From positions 1-42,810 of the forward strand of contig JAGOWL010000002.1 in the NCBI GenBank assembly GCA_018060215.1: a stretch of DNA of 42,810 nucleotides, read 5' to 3'. Source of the stretch: Pseudoxanthomonas sp. (GTDB lineage: Bacteria > Pseudomonadota > Gammaproteobacteria > Xanthomonadales > Xanthomonadaceae). Position numbers and translations under genes: made by a program. Positions 19,946 to 28,919 of this stretch are shown here, in pieces; position 1 is the stretch's first letter, and each line of letters begins with the position of its first letter. The notes beneath the pieces are model-generated. The model searched no databases, had not been told where the DNA came from, and saw only the letters and a list, made by a program, of their open reading frames with translations.

Positions 19946-20824
19946 TCAGCGCGCCAGTCCGTCCACGAAGGGTTGGGGCGTGGCGTCATGGCCGCCGGCC
20001 TGCAGCTTCGCCAGCTCCGCGTCCAGCGGCAGCACCGCCAGTGCCAGCGATGGAGAACCGGCGGCCACCGCCACGATCGTGCCGATGGCCTGGCCGGCCT
20101 GCAGCACCTCGCTGCCCGGCAGCACGCCCGGATCCACCTGCAGCACGGTGGCCGCGCGTTTGGCCTTGCCCAGGAAATGGGTGCGGGCCACGATCTCCTG
20201 GCCCGGGTAGCAGCCCTTCTTCACACTGTAGGCGGACAGCCGTTCCAGGCCCAGTTGCTGCGGTGTCCACTGCTCGCGCTGGGCAGCTGACAGGCGCGGC
20301 AGGCCCAGGCGCAGGTCGGCCGCCGCCCAGGCCTGGCTGGCGCTGGCATCGACCGCAGCCGGGGCAGGGGACAGGCGCAGGCTGCGTGGCAGGCCCGGGG
20401 CGCCCCAGTCCAGCTCCAGCACGCCGTCCTGGTCGCCGGCCAGGGTTGGCCCGCGGGCATCGGCCGGTGGCGAAAACGCCCCGGCCGCGTGCAGGTCCGG
20501 GCGCGGGCTGATGTCGAGCTTGCGCCGGAACATGAACCGGCGCAGGGACTGGCCCAGTTCGTCCGCCTCCATGTCCGGCAGCAGCAGCCGCAACGAGGCC
20601 TGTCCGGTGCGCAGCAGGGCGAACACCGCGATCACCCGTCCCTTCGGGTTGAGCCAGGCGCTCCATTGCCACTGTCCGGGGGGCAGCGCGGACAGGTCGT
20701 TGGCGAACTGCGCCTGGGCGAAGGCCAGGGCCTCGGGCCCATCAAGGGCCAGCACCTGGTGCCCAGACAGCGCGAAAAAACCCTGCCGGATCAATGGGGA
20801 TACCAATGGCGAGTTGTCAGGCAC
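19946..20824 (-). CDS. ygfZ: Folate-binding Fe-S maturation/tRNA-modifying protein YgfZ
   Basis: KGCYPGQEIVAR signature. Start placed at GTG 20824 (MPDN...), which is uncertain. Confidence 0.9.
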   Translation of the reverse strand: MPDNSPLVSPLIRQGFFALSGHQVLALDGPEALAFAQAQFANDLSALPPGQWQWSAWLNPKGRVIAVFALLRTGQASLRLLLPDMEADELGQSLRRFMFRRKLDISPRPDLHAAGAFSPPADARGPTLAGDQDGVLELDWGAPGLPRSLRLSPAPAAVDASASQAWAAADLRLGLPRLSAAQREQWTPQQLGLERLSAYSVKKGCYPGQEIVARTHFLGKAKRAATVLQVDPGVLPGSEVLQAGQAIGTIVAVAAGSPSLALAVLPLDAELAKLQAGGHDATPQPFVDGLAR

Positions 20825-20865
20825 GTTGACCGGGCTTAAGATTTTGCGCGTTTGCAAGGATTCCC

Positions 20866-21036
20866 ATGATAGGTCAAAGCACCGACGTTCCCGTGCCGGA
20901 GCCGACGCCGGACAGCGGGGCGCAGCCGCGCCGCGCCGACGCGCCCGTGCCGCCGCGCGAAGTCGGTGGCCGTGCCGGGCCGGAGCCGACCCGCTACGGG
21001 GATTGGGAAAAGAACGGTCGCTGCGTCGATTTCTGA
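20866..21036 (+). CDS. DUF1674 / SDHAF4 (Sdh8)-like small protein, 56 aa
   Basis: Not in the ORF track. Reads MIGQSTDVPVPEPTPDSGAQPRRADAPVPPREVGGRAGPEPTRYGDWEKNGRCVDF, with the family signature GG..GPEPTRYGDWE..GRC.DF and an AAGGA SD 5 nt before the ATG. Confidence 0.92.
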   Translation: MIGQSTDVPVPEPTPDSGAQPRRADAPVPPREVGGRAGPEPTRYGDWEKNGRCVDF

Positions 21037-21091
21037 CGCGCCACCACCAGCCACGCGGCCAGGCGGCCGCACAGCCGAGACGACCCAGCGC

Positions 21092-21484
21092 ATGAACCCC
21101 CGCCCACGCCCCTTGTCACCGCACCTGCAGGTGTACCGCTGGCAGATCCAGATGGTGAGCTCGATCCTGCATCGTGCCACCGGCATCGTCCTGGCCGCCG
21201 GTGCGCTGCTCATCGCCGCCGGCCTGTTGTCACTGGCACTCGGTCCCCAGGCCTGGGCCTGCTTCAGCGACCACGCCGGCGCCTGGTACGGCAAGGTGTT
21301 CCTGTTCGGCTGGAGCTGGTGCTTCGCCTACCACCTGTGCAACGGCATCCGCCACGTCGTGCAGGACTTCGCCATCGGCTACAGCATCCCGGCCTTCGTG
21401 CGCAGCAGCTGGCTGTCGCTGGTCGGCAGCCTGGTGGTCACCGCGCTGATCTGGGTCTGTGCGCTCAACGGAGGTGCCGCATGA
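21092..21484 (+). CDS. sdhC: Succinate dehydrogenase cytochrome b556 subunit
   Basis: [26 protein letters not shown]. Confidence 0.95.
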   Translation: MNPRPRPLSPHLQVYRWQIQMVSSILHRATGIVLAAGALLIAAGLLSLALGPQAWACFSDHAGAWYGKVFLFGWSWCFAYHLCNGIRHVVQDFAIGYSIPAFVRSSWLSLVGSLVVTALIWVCALNGGAA

Positions 21485-21876
21485 GCAGCAAGTCCAACCG
21501 CTACCGCACCCCGCTGAAGAACGTGCGCGGCTGGGGCTCGGCCAAGACCGGCACCGAGCACTTCATCCACCAGCGCCTGACCGCCGCGGCCCTGGTGCTG
21601 CTGGGGCTGTGGTTCGTCTGGTTCGTGATCAGCCTGGTCGGCAGCGACTACGCCAGCGCGGTGCAGGCCGTGTCGCGGCCGTGGAACGTGATCGCGCTGG
21701 TGGGCTTCCTGTCGGCCATGTTCTGGCATGCGCAGCTGGGCCTGCAGGTCGTGCTGGAAGACTACATCCACCATTCGCTGCTCGCGCTGGTCCTGCAGAC
21801 CGGCGTGAAGTTCGTCGCGGTGCTCGGCGCGATCGTCAGCATCTTCGCCGTGGCCCGCATCGCGCTGGTCGGCTGA
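21481..21876 (+). CDS. sdhD: Succinate dehydrogenase membrane anchor
   Basis: [32 protein letters not shown]; ATGA overlap with sdhC. Confidence 0.95.
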   Translation: MSSKSNRYRTPLKNVRGWGSAKTGTEHFIHQRLTAAALVLLGLWFVWFVISLVGSDYASAVQAVSRPWNVIALVGFLSAMFWHAQLGLQVVLEDYIHHSLLALVLQTGVKFVAVLGAIVSIFAVARIALVG

Positions 21877-21905
21877 CCGCCGCCCGCACAAGGAACCGAT
21901 CCCGA

Positions 21906-23696
21906 ATGTCCGCCTACAAGATCACCGAACACAAGTACGACATGGTCGTCGTCGGCGCCGGTGGCGCCGGCCTGCGCGCCACCTTCGGCCTGGCCCAGAA
22001 GGGCCTGCAGACGGTGTGCCTGACCAAGGTCTTCCCGACCCGCTCGCACACCGTGGCCGCCCAGGGCGGCATCTCGGCGGCGCTGGGCAACATGGGCGAG
22101 GACGACTGGCGCTACCACTTCTACGACACCATCAAGGGCAGCGACTGGCTGGGCGACCAGGACGCGATCGAGTACATGTGCCGCGAGGCGATCCCGGCGA
22201 TCATCGAGCTGGAACATTACGGGGTGCCGTTCTCGCGTACCGAGGAAGGCAAGATCTACCAGCGCCCGTTCGGCGGCATGACCACCAAGTTCGGCGAAGG
22301 CCCGCCGGCGCAGCGCACCTGCGCGGCGGCCGACCGTACCGGCCACGCCATGCTGCACACCCTGTACCAGCAGTCGCTGGCGCACGATGCGCGCTTCATG
22401 GTCGAGTACTTCGCCCTGGACCTGATCTTCGACGAGGAGGGCGCCTGCCGTGGCGTGCTGGCCCTGGACATGGCCGAAGGCTCGTTGCACCTGTTCCGTG
22501 CCCAGGGCGTGGTGCTGGCCACCGGCGGCTACGGCCGTGCCTACTTCAGCGCCACCTCCGCGCACACCTGCACCGGTGACGGCGGTGGCCTGGTCGCGCG
22601 CGCCGGCCTGCCGCTGCAGGACATGGAGTTCGTGCAGTTCCATCCGACCGGCATCTACGGCGCCGGCTGCCTGATCACCGAGGGCGTGCGCGGCGAAGGC
22701 GGGATCCTGCGCAACGCCAACGGCGAGCGCTTCATGGAGCGCTACGCCCCGCACTACAAGGACCTGGCCTCGCGCGACGTGGTCAGCCGCTCGATGACCA
22801 TCGAGATCCGCGAAGGCCGCGGCGTGGGCGAGCACAAGGACCACATCCTGCTCGACCTGACCCACCTGGGCCCGGAAGTGATCAACGAGAAGCTGCCGGG
22901 CATCGCCGAAAGCGCGCATATCTTCGCCGGCGTGGACGTGACCCGGCAGCCGATCCCGGTGATCCCCACCGTGCACTACAACATGGGTGGCATCCCCACC
23001 AACTACCACGGCGAGGTGGTGCGCAAGGTCGGCGACAACCCCGATGCGGTGGTGCCGGGCCTGTACGCGATCGGCGAGGCGGCCTGCGTGTCGGTGCATG
23101 GCGCCAACCGCCTGGGTTCCAACTCGCTGCTGGACCTGGTGGTGTTCGGCCGTGCGGTGGCCAACCGCTGCGCCGAGACCATCAAGAAGGGCGCCGCGCA
23201 CAAGCCGCTGGCATCCGATGCCTGCGACAAGGCGCTCTCGCACCTGGACAAGCTGCGCAATGCCAATGGCGACACCCCCACGGCGGTGATCCGCGACCGC
23301 ATGCAGCGCACCATGCAGGCCGACGCGGCCGTGTTCCGCACCAGCAAGTCGCTCAAGGAAGGCTGCGACAAGATGGCCGACATCTTCTCCAGCTTCCAGG
23401 ACGTGAAGGTCTCGGACCGCTCGCTGGTCTGGAATTCGGACCTGATCGAGACCTACGAGCTGCACAACCTGCTGCTCAACGCGGTGGCCACGATCAACTC
23501 GGCCGAACAGCGCCACGAGAGCCGCGGCGCCCATGCCCACGAGGACTACCCCGAGCGCGACGACGTCAACTGGCACAAGCACACCCTGGTGACGGTCGAC
23601 GACAAGGGTGGCTGCAGCTTCGACTTCCGCCCGGTGCACATGTACACGCTCAGCGACGAGGTGACCGTGGTGCCGCCCAAGCCGCGCGTGTACTGA
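21906..23696 (+). CDS. sdhA: Succinate dehydrogenase flavoprotein subunit
   Basis: [16 protein letters not shown] (covalent-FAD His), [23 protein letters not shown]. Confidence 0.98.
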   Translation: MSAYKITEHKYDMVVVGAGGAGLRATFGLAQKGLQTVCLTKVFPTRSHTVAAQGGISAALGNMGEDDWRYHFYDTIKGSDWLGDQDAIEYMCREAIPAIIELEHYGVPFSRTEEGKIYQRPFGGMTTKFGEGPPAQRTCAAADRTGHAMLHTLYQQSLAHDARFMVEYFALDLIFDEEGACRGVLALDMAEGSLHLFRAQGVVLATGGYGRAYFSATSAHTCTGDGGGLVARAGLPLQDMEFVQFHPTGIYGAGCLITEGVRGEGGILRNANGERFMERYAPHYKDLASRDVVSRSMTIEIREGRGVGEHKDHILLDLTHLGPEVINEKLPGIAESAHIFAGVDVTRQPIPVIPTVHYNMGGIPTNYHGEVVRKVGDNPDAVVPGLYAIGEAACVSVHGANRLGSNSLLDLVVFGRAVANRCAETIKKGAAHKPLASDACDKALSHLDKLRNANGDTPTAVIRDRMQRTMQADAAVFRTSKSLKEGCDKMADIFSSFQDVKVSDRSLVWNSDLIETYELHNLLLNAVATINSAEQRHESRGAHAHEDYPERDDVNWHKHTLVTVDDKGGCSFDFRPVHMYTLSDEVTVVPPKPRVY

Positions 23697-23783
23697 TGGC
23701 CGCCCGGCCGTCCCGCCACGTACCTTCCCGCCGCGTGCGCCGTGCGCGCGCCCCGCGGGCCGCCTGAGCCAACGAGAACAGCC

Positions 23784-24566
23784 ATGGCAGAGTTCAGCCT
23801 CCCGAAGAATTCCCGCATCACCCAGGGCAAGCACTTCCCGGCCCCGGGCGCGAAGAACCCGCGCACCTTCAAGGTCTACCGCTGGAGCCCGGACGACGAC
23901 GCCAACCCGCGCACCGACACCTACGAGGTCGATCTGGCCGCGTGCGGGCCGATGGTCCTGGACGCGCTGATCAAGATCAAGAACGAGATCGACCCCACGC
24001 TCACGTTCCGCCGTTCCTGCCGCGAGGGCATCTGCGGTTCGTGCGCGATGAACATCGACGGCACCAACACCCTGGCCTGCACCAAGGCCATCGGCGACTG
24101 TGGCAAGGCCGAGGTGCCGATCTACCCGCTGCCGCACATGGACGTGGTCAAGGACCTGGTCCCGGACCTGACCCACTTCTACGCCCAGTACGCCTCGATC
24201 AAGCCCTGGATCCGCACCCAGACCCCGGCGCCGCCGGACCGCGAGCGGCTGCAGTCGCCGGAAGACCGCAAGAAGCTCGATGGCCTGTACGAGTGCATCC
24301 TGTGCGCGTGCTGTTCGACCAGTTGCCCCAGCTACTGGTGGAACGGCGAACGCTACCTGGGCCCGGCGATCCTGCTGCAGGCCTATCGCTGGATCATCGA
24401 TTCACGCGACGAGGACACCGGCGAGCGCCTGGATGACCTGGAAGACCCGTTCAAGCTGTACCGCTGCCACACCATCATGAACTGCGCCCGGACCTGTCCC
24501 AAGGGCCTGAACCCGGCATTGGCAATCGCCGAGATCAAGAAGCTGATGATGGAGCGCCGCGCCTGA
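23784..24566 (+). CDS. sdhB: Succinate dehydrogenase iron-sulfur subunit
   Basis: [34 protein letters not shown]. Confidence 0.98.
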   Translation: MAEFSLPKNSRITQGKHFPAPGAKNPRTFKVYRWSPDDDANPRTDTYEVDLAACGPMVLDALIKIKNEIDPTLTFRRSCREGICGSCAMNIDGTNTLACTKAIGDCGKAEVPIYPLPHMDVVKDLVPDLTHFYAQYASIKPWIRTQTPAPPDRERLQSPEDRKKLDGLYECILCACCSTSCPSYWWNGERYLGPAILLQAYRWIIDSRDEDTGERLDDLEDPFKLYRCHTIMNCARTCPKGLNPALAIAEIKKLMMERRA

Positions 24567-24580
24567 TCGACGACGCCTCC

Positions 24581-24829
24581 TTGGACACCGCCGCCGAGCT
24601 GCGCCGGATCCGCTGGCGCTGCCGGCGTGGCATGCGCGAGCTGGACCAGCTGTTCGAGCGCTGGCTGGCGCATGGCTGGAAGCAGGCTTCCGACGCCGAG
24701 CGCGGGGTTTTCCTACGCCTGCTGGACTGCGAGGACGATAGGCTGTGGCGCTGGTTCATGGGCTACGAGGCCTGCGCGGATGCCGAACTGTCGGAGCTCA
24801 TCGCCCGGATCCGCGCCCTGCCTGCTTGA
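24581..24829 (+). CDS. sdhE: FAD assembly factor SdhE (SDHAF2/YgfY)
   Basis: [12 protein letters not shown] (RGxxE motif), [12 protein letters not shown]; TTG start. Confidence 0.92.
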   Translation: MDTAAELRRIRWRCRRGMRELDQLFERWLAHGWKQASDAERGVFLRLLDCEDDRLWRWFMGYEACADAELSELIARIRALPA

Positions 24830-25259
24830 GCTGCAGTGGCGCCCCTCGCGCTGGCTGCTGGCCGCGCTGCTGATCCTGTCGGTGCTGGCGCCGCTGTCGG
24901 TGCTGGGTTCGGAACTGCCCCGCGCACTGGCCTGGCCGCTGGCCGTGGCCGCCGCCGCCTGGGGCCTGGACGCGTGCCGGCGCGAGGCGGGCAGGGCGCC
25001 GCGGCGGCTGGTGCTGGCCCCCGCCAGCGGAAGCGGCGGGGGTGCCGCTGGCCAGGACAGCCTCGATGGCCGGCCGCTGGCGCGTTGCGAACTGGCCTGG
25101 CGCGGCCCGCTGGCCTTCGTCCACCTGGTGTACCGCGACGGTCGCCACCAGCGCCTGGTGTGGTGGCCCGACACCCTGCCGGCCCAGCGCCGGCGTGAAC
25201 TGCGGCTGGCCGTCGCCGCGCGCCATGCTTCGCGCCGCGACCGACCGATGGCACCATAG
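24780..25259 (+). CDS. YgfX/CptA-like inner membrane protein
   Basis: WRPSRWL followed by two hydrophobic segments, and [16 protein letters not shown] near the end. It follows sdhE as ygfX follows ygfY. Start is uncertain; it overlaps sdhE by 50 nt. Confidence 0.7.
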   Translation: MPNCRSSSPGSAPCLLELQWRPSRWLLAALLILSVLAPLSVLGSELPRALAWPLAVAAAAWGLDACRREAGRAPRRLVLAPASGSGGGAAGQDSLDGRPLARCELAWRGPLAFVHLVYRDGRHQRLVWWPDTLPAQRRRELRLAVAARHASRRDRPMAP

Positions 25260-25306
25260 CCTTCAGCTTCGGCCGGGCAATCCCGGCAACGGACCCGTAC
25301 CGGCCC

Positions 25307-26548
25307 ATGTTCAAACCCGTCCCCGTGGCCATCGGCCTGCGCTACCTGCGCGCCAAGCGCCGCAACGGCTTCATCTCCTTCATCTCGCTGGCCTCGATCC
25401 TGGGGATTGCCCTGGGCGTGACCGTGCTGATCACCACCATGGCGGTGATGAGCGGGTTCCAGAAGGAGATCCGCGACCGCCTGCTGCAGTTCGCCGCCCA
25501 TGCCACGGTGGTCGCCGACGGCGAGCCGATGTCCGACTGGAAGTTCGCCGTGGACCTGGCCATGGGCGATCCGCGCGTGTCCGGTGCGGCCCCGTTCGTG
25601 GAGACCGAGGCGCTGCTGTCGGGCAGCCGCAAGCAGCCGGCGATGGTGCGCGGGGTGATGCCGGAACTGGAGCAGCGGGTCTCGGTGCTGGCGCAGAAGA
25701 TGAAGCAGGGCTCGGCCGACAGCCTGGTGGACGGCAGCTACCACATCCTGCTGGGCCAGGAGCTGGCGCTGTTCCTGGGCGTGTCCACCGGCGACCCGGT
25801 GATGGTGATGCTGCCCGAGTTCCAGGGCTCGCCGATGGGCGCGATGCCGCGCTACAAGCGCTTCACCGTCAGCGGGATCTTCTCGGCCGGGCACAACGAC
25901 ATCGACCGCGGCCTGGCCGTGGTGCACATGGCCGACCTGCAGCGGGTGCTGCGCATGGACGGCGCCAGCGGCGTGCGCCTGATGCTGCACGACATGAACC
26001 AGGCCTACGAGGTGGCCCGCGACCTGGCCCTGCAACTGCCTGGCTTCTACCGCGTCACCGACTGGACCCGCGACAACGCCAACCTGTACCAGTCGCTGAA
26101 GATGGAAAAGACGGTGATGGGCATCCTTCTGTCGCTGATCATCATGATGGGCGCCTTCACCCTGGTGAATTCGCAGGTGATGCTGGTCACCGACAAGCAG
26201 GCCGACATCGCCATCCTGCGCACGCTCGGGCTCACCCCCGGCGGGGTGATGCAGGTGTTCATGGTCCAGGGCACGGTGATCGGGGTGATCGGCACCGTGC
26301 TGGGCCTGGTCGGCGGCGTGGCGCTGACCCTGAACCTGGAACGGATCCTGGATGGCATCGAGGCGCTGTTCAACATCACCCTGCTGCCGGAGGACGTGTA
26401 CTACATCACCGGTCTGCCCACCGACATGCAGGCCAACGACGTGGTCCTGACCCTGGTGGTGGCGCTGGTGATGAGTTTCCTGGCCACCCTGTACCCGGCC
26501 TGGCGGGCCGCGCGCACCCAGCCGGCGGAGGCGCTGCGCTATGAATGA
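25307..26548 (+). CDS. lolC: Lipoprotein-releasing ABC transporter permease (LolC/E family, single copy)
   Basis: [49 protein letters not shown]. Confidence 0.92.
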   Translation: MFKPVPVAIGLRYLRAKRRNGFISFISLASILGIALGVTVLITTMAVMSGFQKEIRDRLLQFAAHATVVADGEPMSDWKFAVDLAMGDPRVSGAAPFVETEALLSGSRKQPAMVRGVMPELEQRVSVLAQKMKQGSADSLVDGSYHILLGQELALFLGVSTGDPVMVMLPEFQGSPMGAMPRYKRFTVSGIFSAGHNDIDRGLAVVHMADLQRVLRMDGASGVRLMLHDMNQAYEVARDLALQLPGFYRVTDWTRDNANLYQSLKMEKTVMGILLSLIIMMGAFTLVNSQVMLVTDKQADIAILRTLGLTPGGVMQVFMVQGTVIGVIGTVLGLVGGVALTLNLERILDGIEALFNITLLPEDVYYITGLPTDMQANDVVLTLVVALVMSFLATLYPAWRAARTQPAEALRYE

Positions 26549-27272
26549 GCAGGCCACCGTGATGCCGGCAGGCGAAGAAGCGCTGCGCGCCGAAGGCCTG
26601 GGCAAGACCTATGCCGAAGGCAAGCTGCAGACCCCGGTGTTCGACGGCCTGGACCTGCGCGTGGCCGCAGGCGAAACCGTGGCCATCGTCGGGGCGTCCG
26701 GCGCCGGCAAGAGCACCCTGCTGCACCTGCTCGGTGGCCTGGACCGGCCCAGTGCCGGCGAGGTCTACGTGGCCGGGCAGAAGATGTCGGCGCTGTCCGA
26801 TGCCCAGCGCGGCCGCCTGCGCAACCGCGCCCTGGGCTTCGTCTACCAGTTCCACCACCTGCTGCCGGAGTTCACCGCCCTGGAGAACGTGATGATGCCG
26901 GTGCTGCTGGCCGGTGGTGAAGTGGCCGAGGCCGGCACGCGCGCGACCGCGCTGCTGGAAGCGGTCGGCCTGGGCCATCGCCTGGGCCACAAGCCCGGCG
27001 AACTGTCCGGCGGCGAGCGCCAGCGCGCGGCCGTGGCCCGTGCCCTGGTCAACCGCCCGGCCTGCGTGCTCGGCGACGAACCGACTGGCAACCTGGATGC
27101 GAAGACCGCCGCCACCGTGTTCGATCTGATGCTCGAACTCAACCGCGCCCAGCGCACCAGCCTGGTCCTGGTCACCCACGACCGGCGCCTGGCCCGGCGC
27201 CTGGACCGGGTGCTGGAACTTCACGCCGGCAAGCTGCACGAACGCGACCCCCAGGAATTGCGCGGCGACTGA
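26541..27272 (+). CDS. lolD: Lipoprotein-releasing ABC transporter ATPase
   Basis: [28 protein letters not shown] (LolD motif), [16 protein letters not shown]. Confidence 0.95.
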   Translation: MNEQATVMPAGEEALRAEGLGKTYAEGKLQTPVFDGLDLRVAAGETVAIVGASGAGKSTLLHLLGGLDRPSAGEVYVAGQKMSALSDAQRGRLRNRALGFVYQFHHLLPEFTALENVMMPVLLAGGEVAEAGTRATALLEAVGLGHRLGHKPGELSGGERQRAAVARALVNRPACVLGDEPTGNLDAKTAATVFDLMLELNRAQRTSLVLVTHDRRLARRLDRVLELHAGKLHERDPQELRGD

Positions 27273-27353
27273 AGTCGCCGGCGCGCACGTCGCCGGATCA
27301 GCAGGCGGGGTGCAACGATGCGCCCAGGCCGCCGGCAGGCGACCGTGCGCCGC

Positions 27354-27812
27354 TCACAGGTACTCGGCGTCGGTGCCGGTATCCATCCAGTAGCGGTTCG
27401 GCCGCTCCGGGTCCAGGTAGACCCGGATGCTGTCGCCGACCCGGATCCTGTGGCCGGGATTGGCCCGCAGCAGTTCGCTTTTGAAGCGGGCTTCCTCGCC
27501 CGAGCGCGGATCCCGGTAGCGGGCCTTGATGCGCCAGGCGGTGCGCTGCCCACGCTTGTCGACCTTGGTGACCACCGCATCCACCGGACGGCCATGCTGC
27601 AGGTAGTAGGCCCGGTCCCGGGGCTTGCGCCCGGCCAGGCCCACGTACAGCAGCGTGTGCACGCTCAGCACCCCGGCCAGGAAGCCGGCGGCCCAGGCGA
27701 AGGTGCGCAGCTGCGCCGATTCACCCGCACGGGCGGCCAGGTAGGCGGTCAGCAGCCAGGCCAGCACGCTCAGGCCGGCGAAGAACCAGGCCCCGGTTGT
27801 GGTGGATTTCAC
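27354..27812 (-). CDS. Small membrane protein, DUF3592-like
   Basis: Two N-terminal TM segments, then HGRPVDAVVTKV...FKSE...VGDSIRVYLDPERPNRYWMD. GTG start at 27812. Confidence 0.65.
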   Translation of the reverse strand: MKSTTTGAWFFAGLSVLAWLLTAYLAARAGESAQLRTFAWAAGFLAGVLSVHTLLYVGLAGRKPRDRAYYLQHGRPVDAVVTKVDKRGQRTAWRIKARYRDPRSGEEARFKSELLRANPGHRIRVGDSIRVYLDPERPNRYWMDTGTDAEYL

Positions 27813-27977
27813 GCGGGATTCCCCTGTTGTGGACGGGATGGGGGGCTTCAGGCGGGCGGCGCGACCAGCGCCGCGACAGGAACGGCATGGGAGCTCCAGT
27901 TTTTTGGTGCCTCCGCAGCGTACGGATGATTCCTGCGCCCGGGAAGCGCCCATGAATGGACGGGTCCGTAGTCCGGA

Positions 27978-28006
27978 TTGACGCGCAACCATTATGCAAC
28001 CATATT
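27978..28006 (+). promoter_or_regulatory. Sigma70 promoter of the TA operon with tandem GCAACCAT repeats
   Basis: TTGACG-N17-CATATT; GCAACCAT at 27985-27992 and 27996-28003; GAGG SD downstream. Confidence 0.7.
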
Positions 28007-28027
28007 GATTCCGAAGAGGTGCCGATC

Positions 28028-28273
28028 ATGCCCACGACCCTGACCCTGAAGAACATCCCGGATGAGGTGTACAACCGCCTGAGGCGTGCCGCCGAGACGA
28101 ACCGGCGCAGCCTGAACAGTGAAGCCATCGTGCGGCTTGAGGCGACGCTGGTGCCGGGCAAGCTGGCGCCAGGCGAAAGGCTTGTGCGTGCGCGGGAGCT
28201 GCGGGCTGAACTGGGTGCGGCGAACTTCCAGGCCGGACACATCGATGCCTGTAAACGGGAAGGTCGTCCATGA
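28028..28273 (+). CDS. Ribbon-helix-helix antitoxin (FitA/Arc-like VapB)
   Basis: MPTTLTLKNIPDEVYNRLRRAAETNRRSLNSEAIVRLE fits an RHH pattern; ATGA overlap with the PIN gene. Confidence 0.88.
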   Translation: MPTTLTLKNIPDEVYNRLRRAAETNRRSLNSEAIVRLEATLVPGKLAPGERLVRARELRAELGAANFQAGHIDACKREGRP

Positions 28274-28665
28274 TCGTGGTGGACTCGAATGTGCTGGCCT
28301 ACCTGTACTTGCCTGGCCCTCACACCGAAGCGGCCGAGCGCCTGTACCAACAGGATGCGGAGTGGCATGCGCCGATCCTGTGGCGCAGCCAGTACCGGAA
28401 TATCCTGGCCGGGTACATGCGGCGAGGCAGCCTGACGTTTGAACAGGCATTGGCCATCCAGCACGAGGCGGAGTCCCTGCTCAACGGAGCCGAGCATGAG
28501 CCCGATTCCAGGCGCGTACTGGAGCTGGTGAAGGCGAGCGATTGCTCGGCCTACGACTGCGAGTTCATTGCGCTGGCCGAGGCGCTTGGCGTGGCCGCCG
28601 TGACGATGGATGCCAAGCTGATCAAGGCATTTCCGAAGATTGCGAGGTCGCTCACTGCGGCGTGA
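28270..28665 (+). CDS. vapC: PIN-domain VapC-family toxin
   Basis: MIVVDSNV, SAYDCEFIALAEALG, VTMD; 131 aa, downstream of the RHH gene. Confidence 0.88.
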   Translation: MIVVDSNVLAYLYLPGPHTEAAERLYQQDAEWHAPILWRSQYRNILAGYMRRGSLTFEQALAIQHEAESLLNGAEHEPDSRRVLELVKASDCSAYDCEFIALAEALGVAAVTMDAKLIKAFPKIARSLTAA

Positions 28666-28919
28666 CGCCAGGCTGTTGGCGCACGGGGTCGCGTATCACC
28701 GACAGCCCGCGATCCAGGTTCGCGATGCGCACGATCCCCGCACTGCCGCGGCTCCACCCGAAGCCAGTGGACTCCGGCGCGTTTCGACCTGGCCAGATCC
28801 GGCATCCCTCAACTGGGTGAAGAAACGGAAAATCCCCACCCGCATCGTGGGCTTGTCCGATGGCCGTCGCGCGCGCGCGGGGCGCAGCATCGGCGCGTGG
28901 GTGGCATGGAGGCCCCGAT

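Noticed and set aside
28666-28919. Short ORFs between vapC and comEC as a possible third TA component
   Set aside because: No SD, motif or coding-like composition; they overlap real genes.
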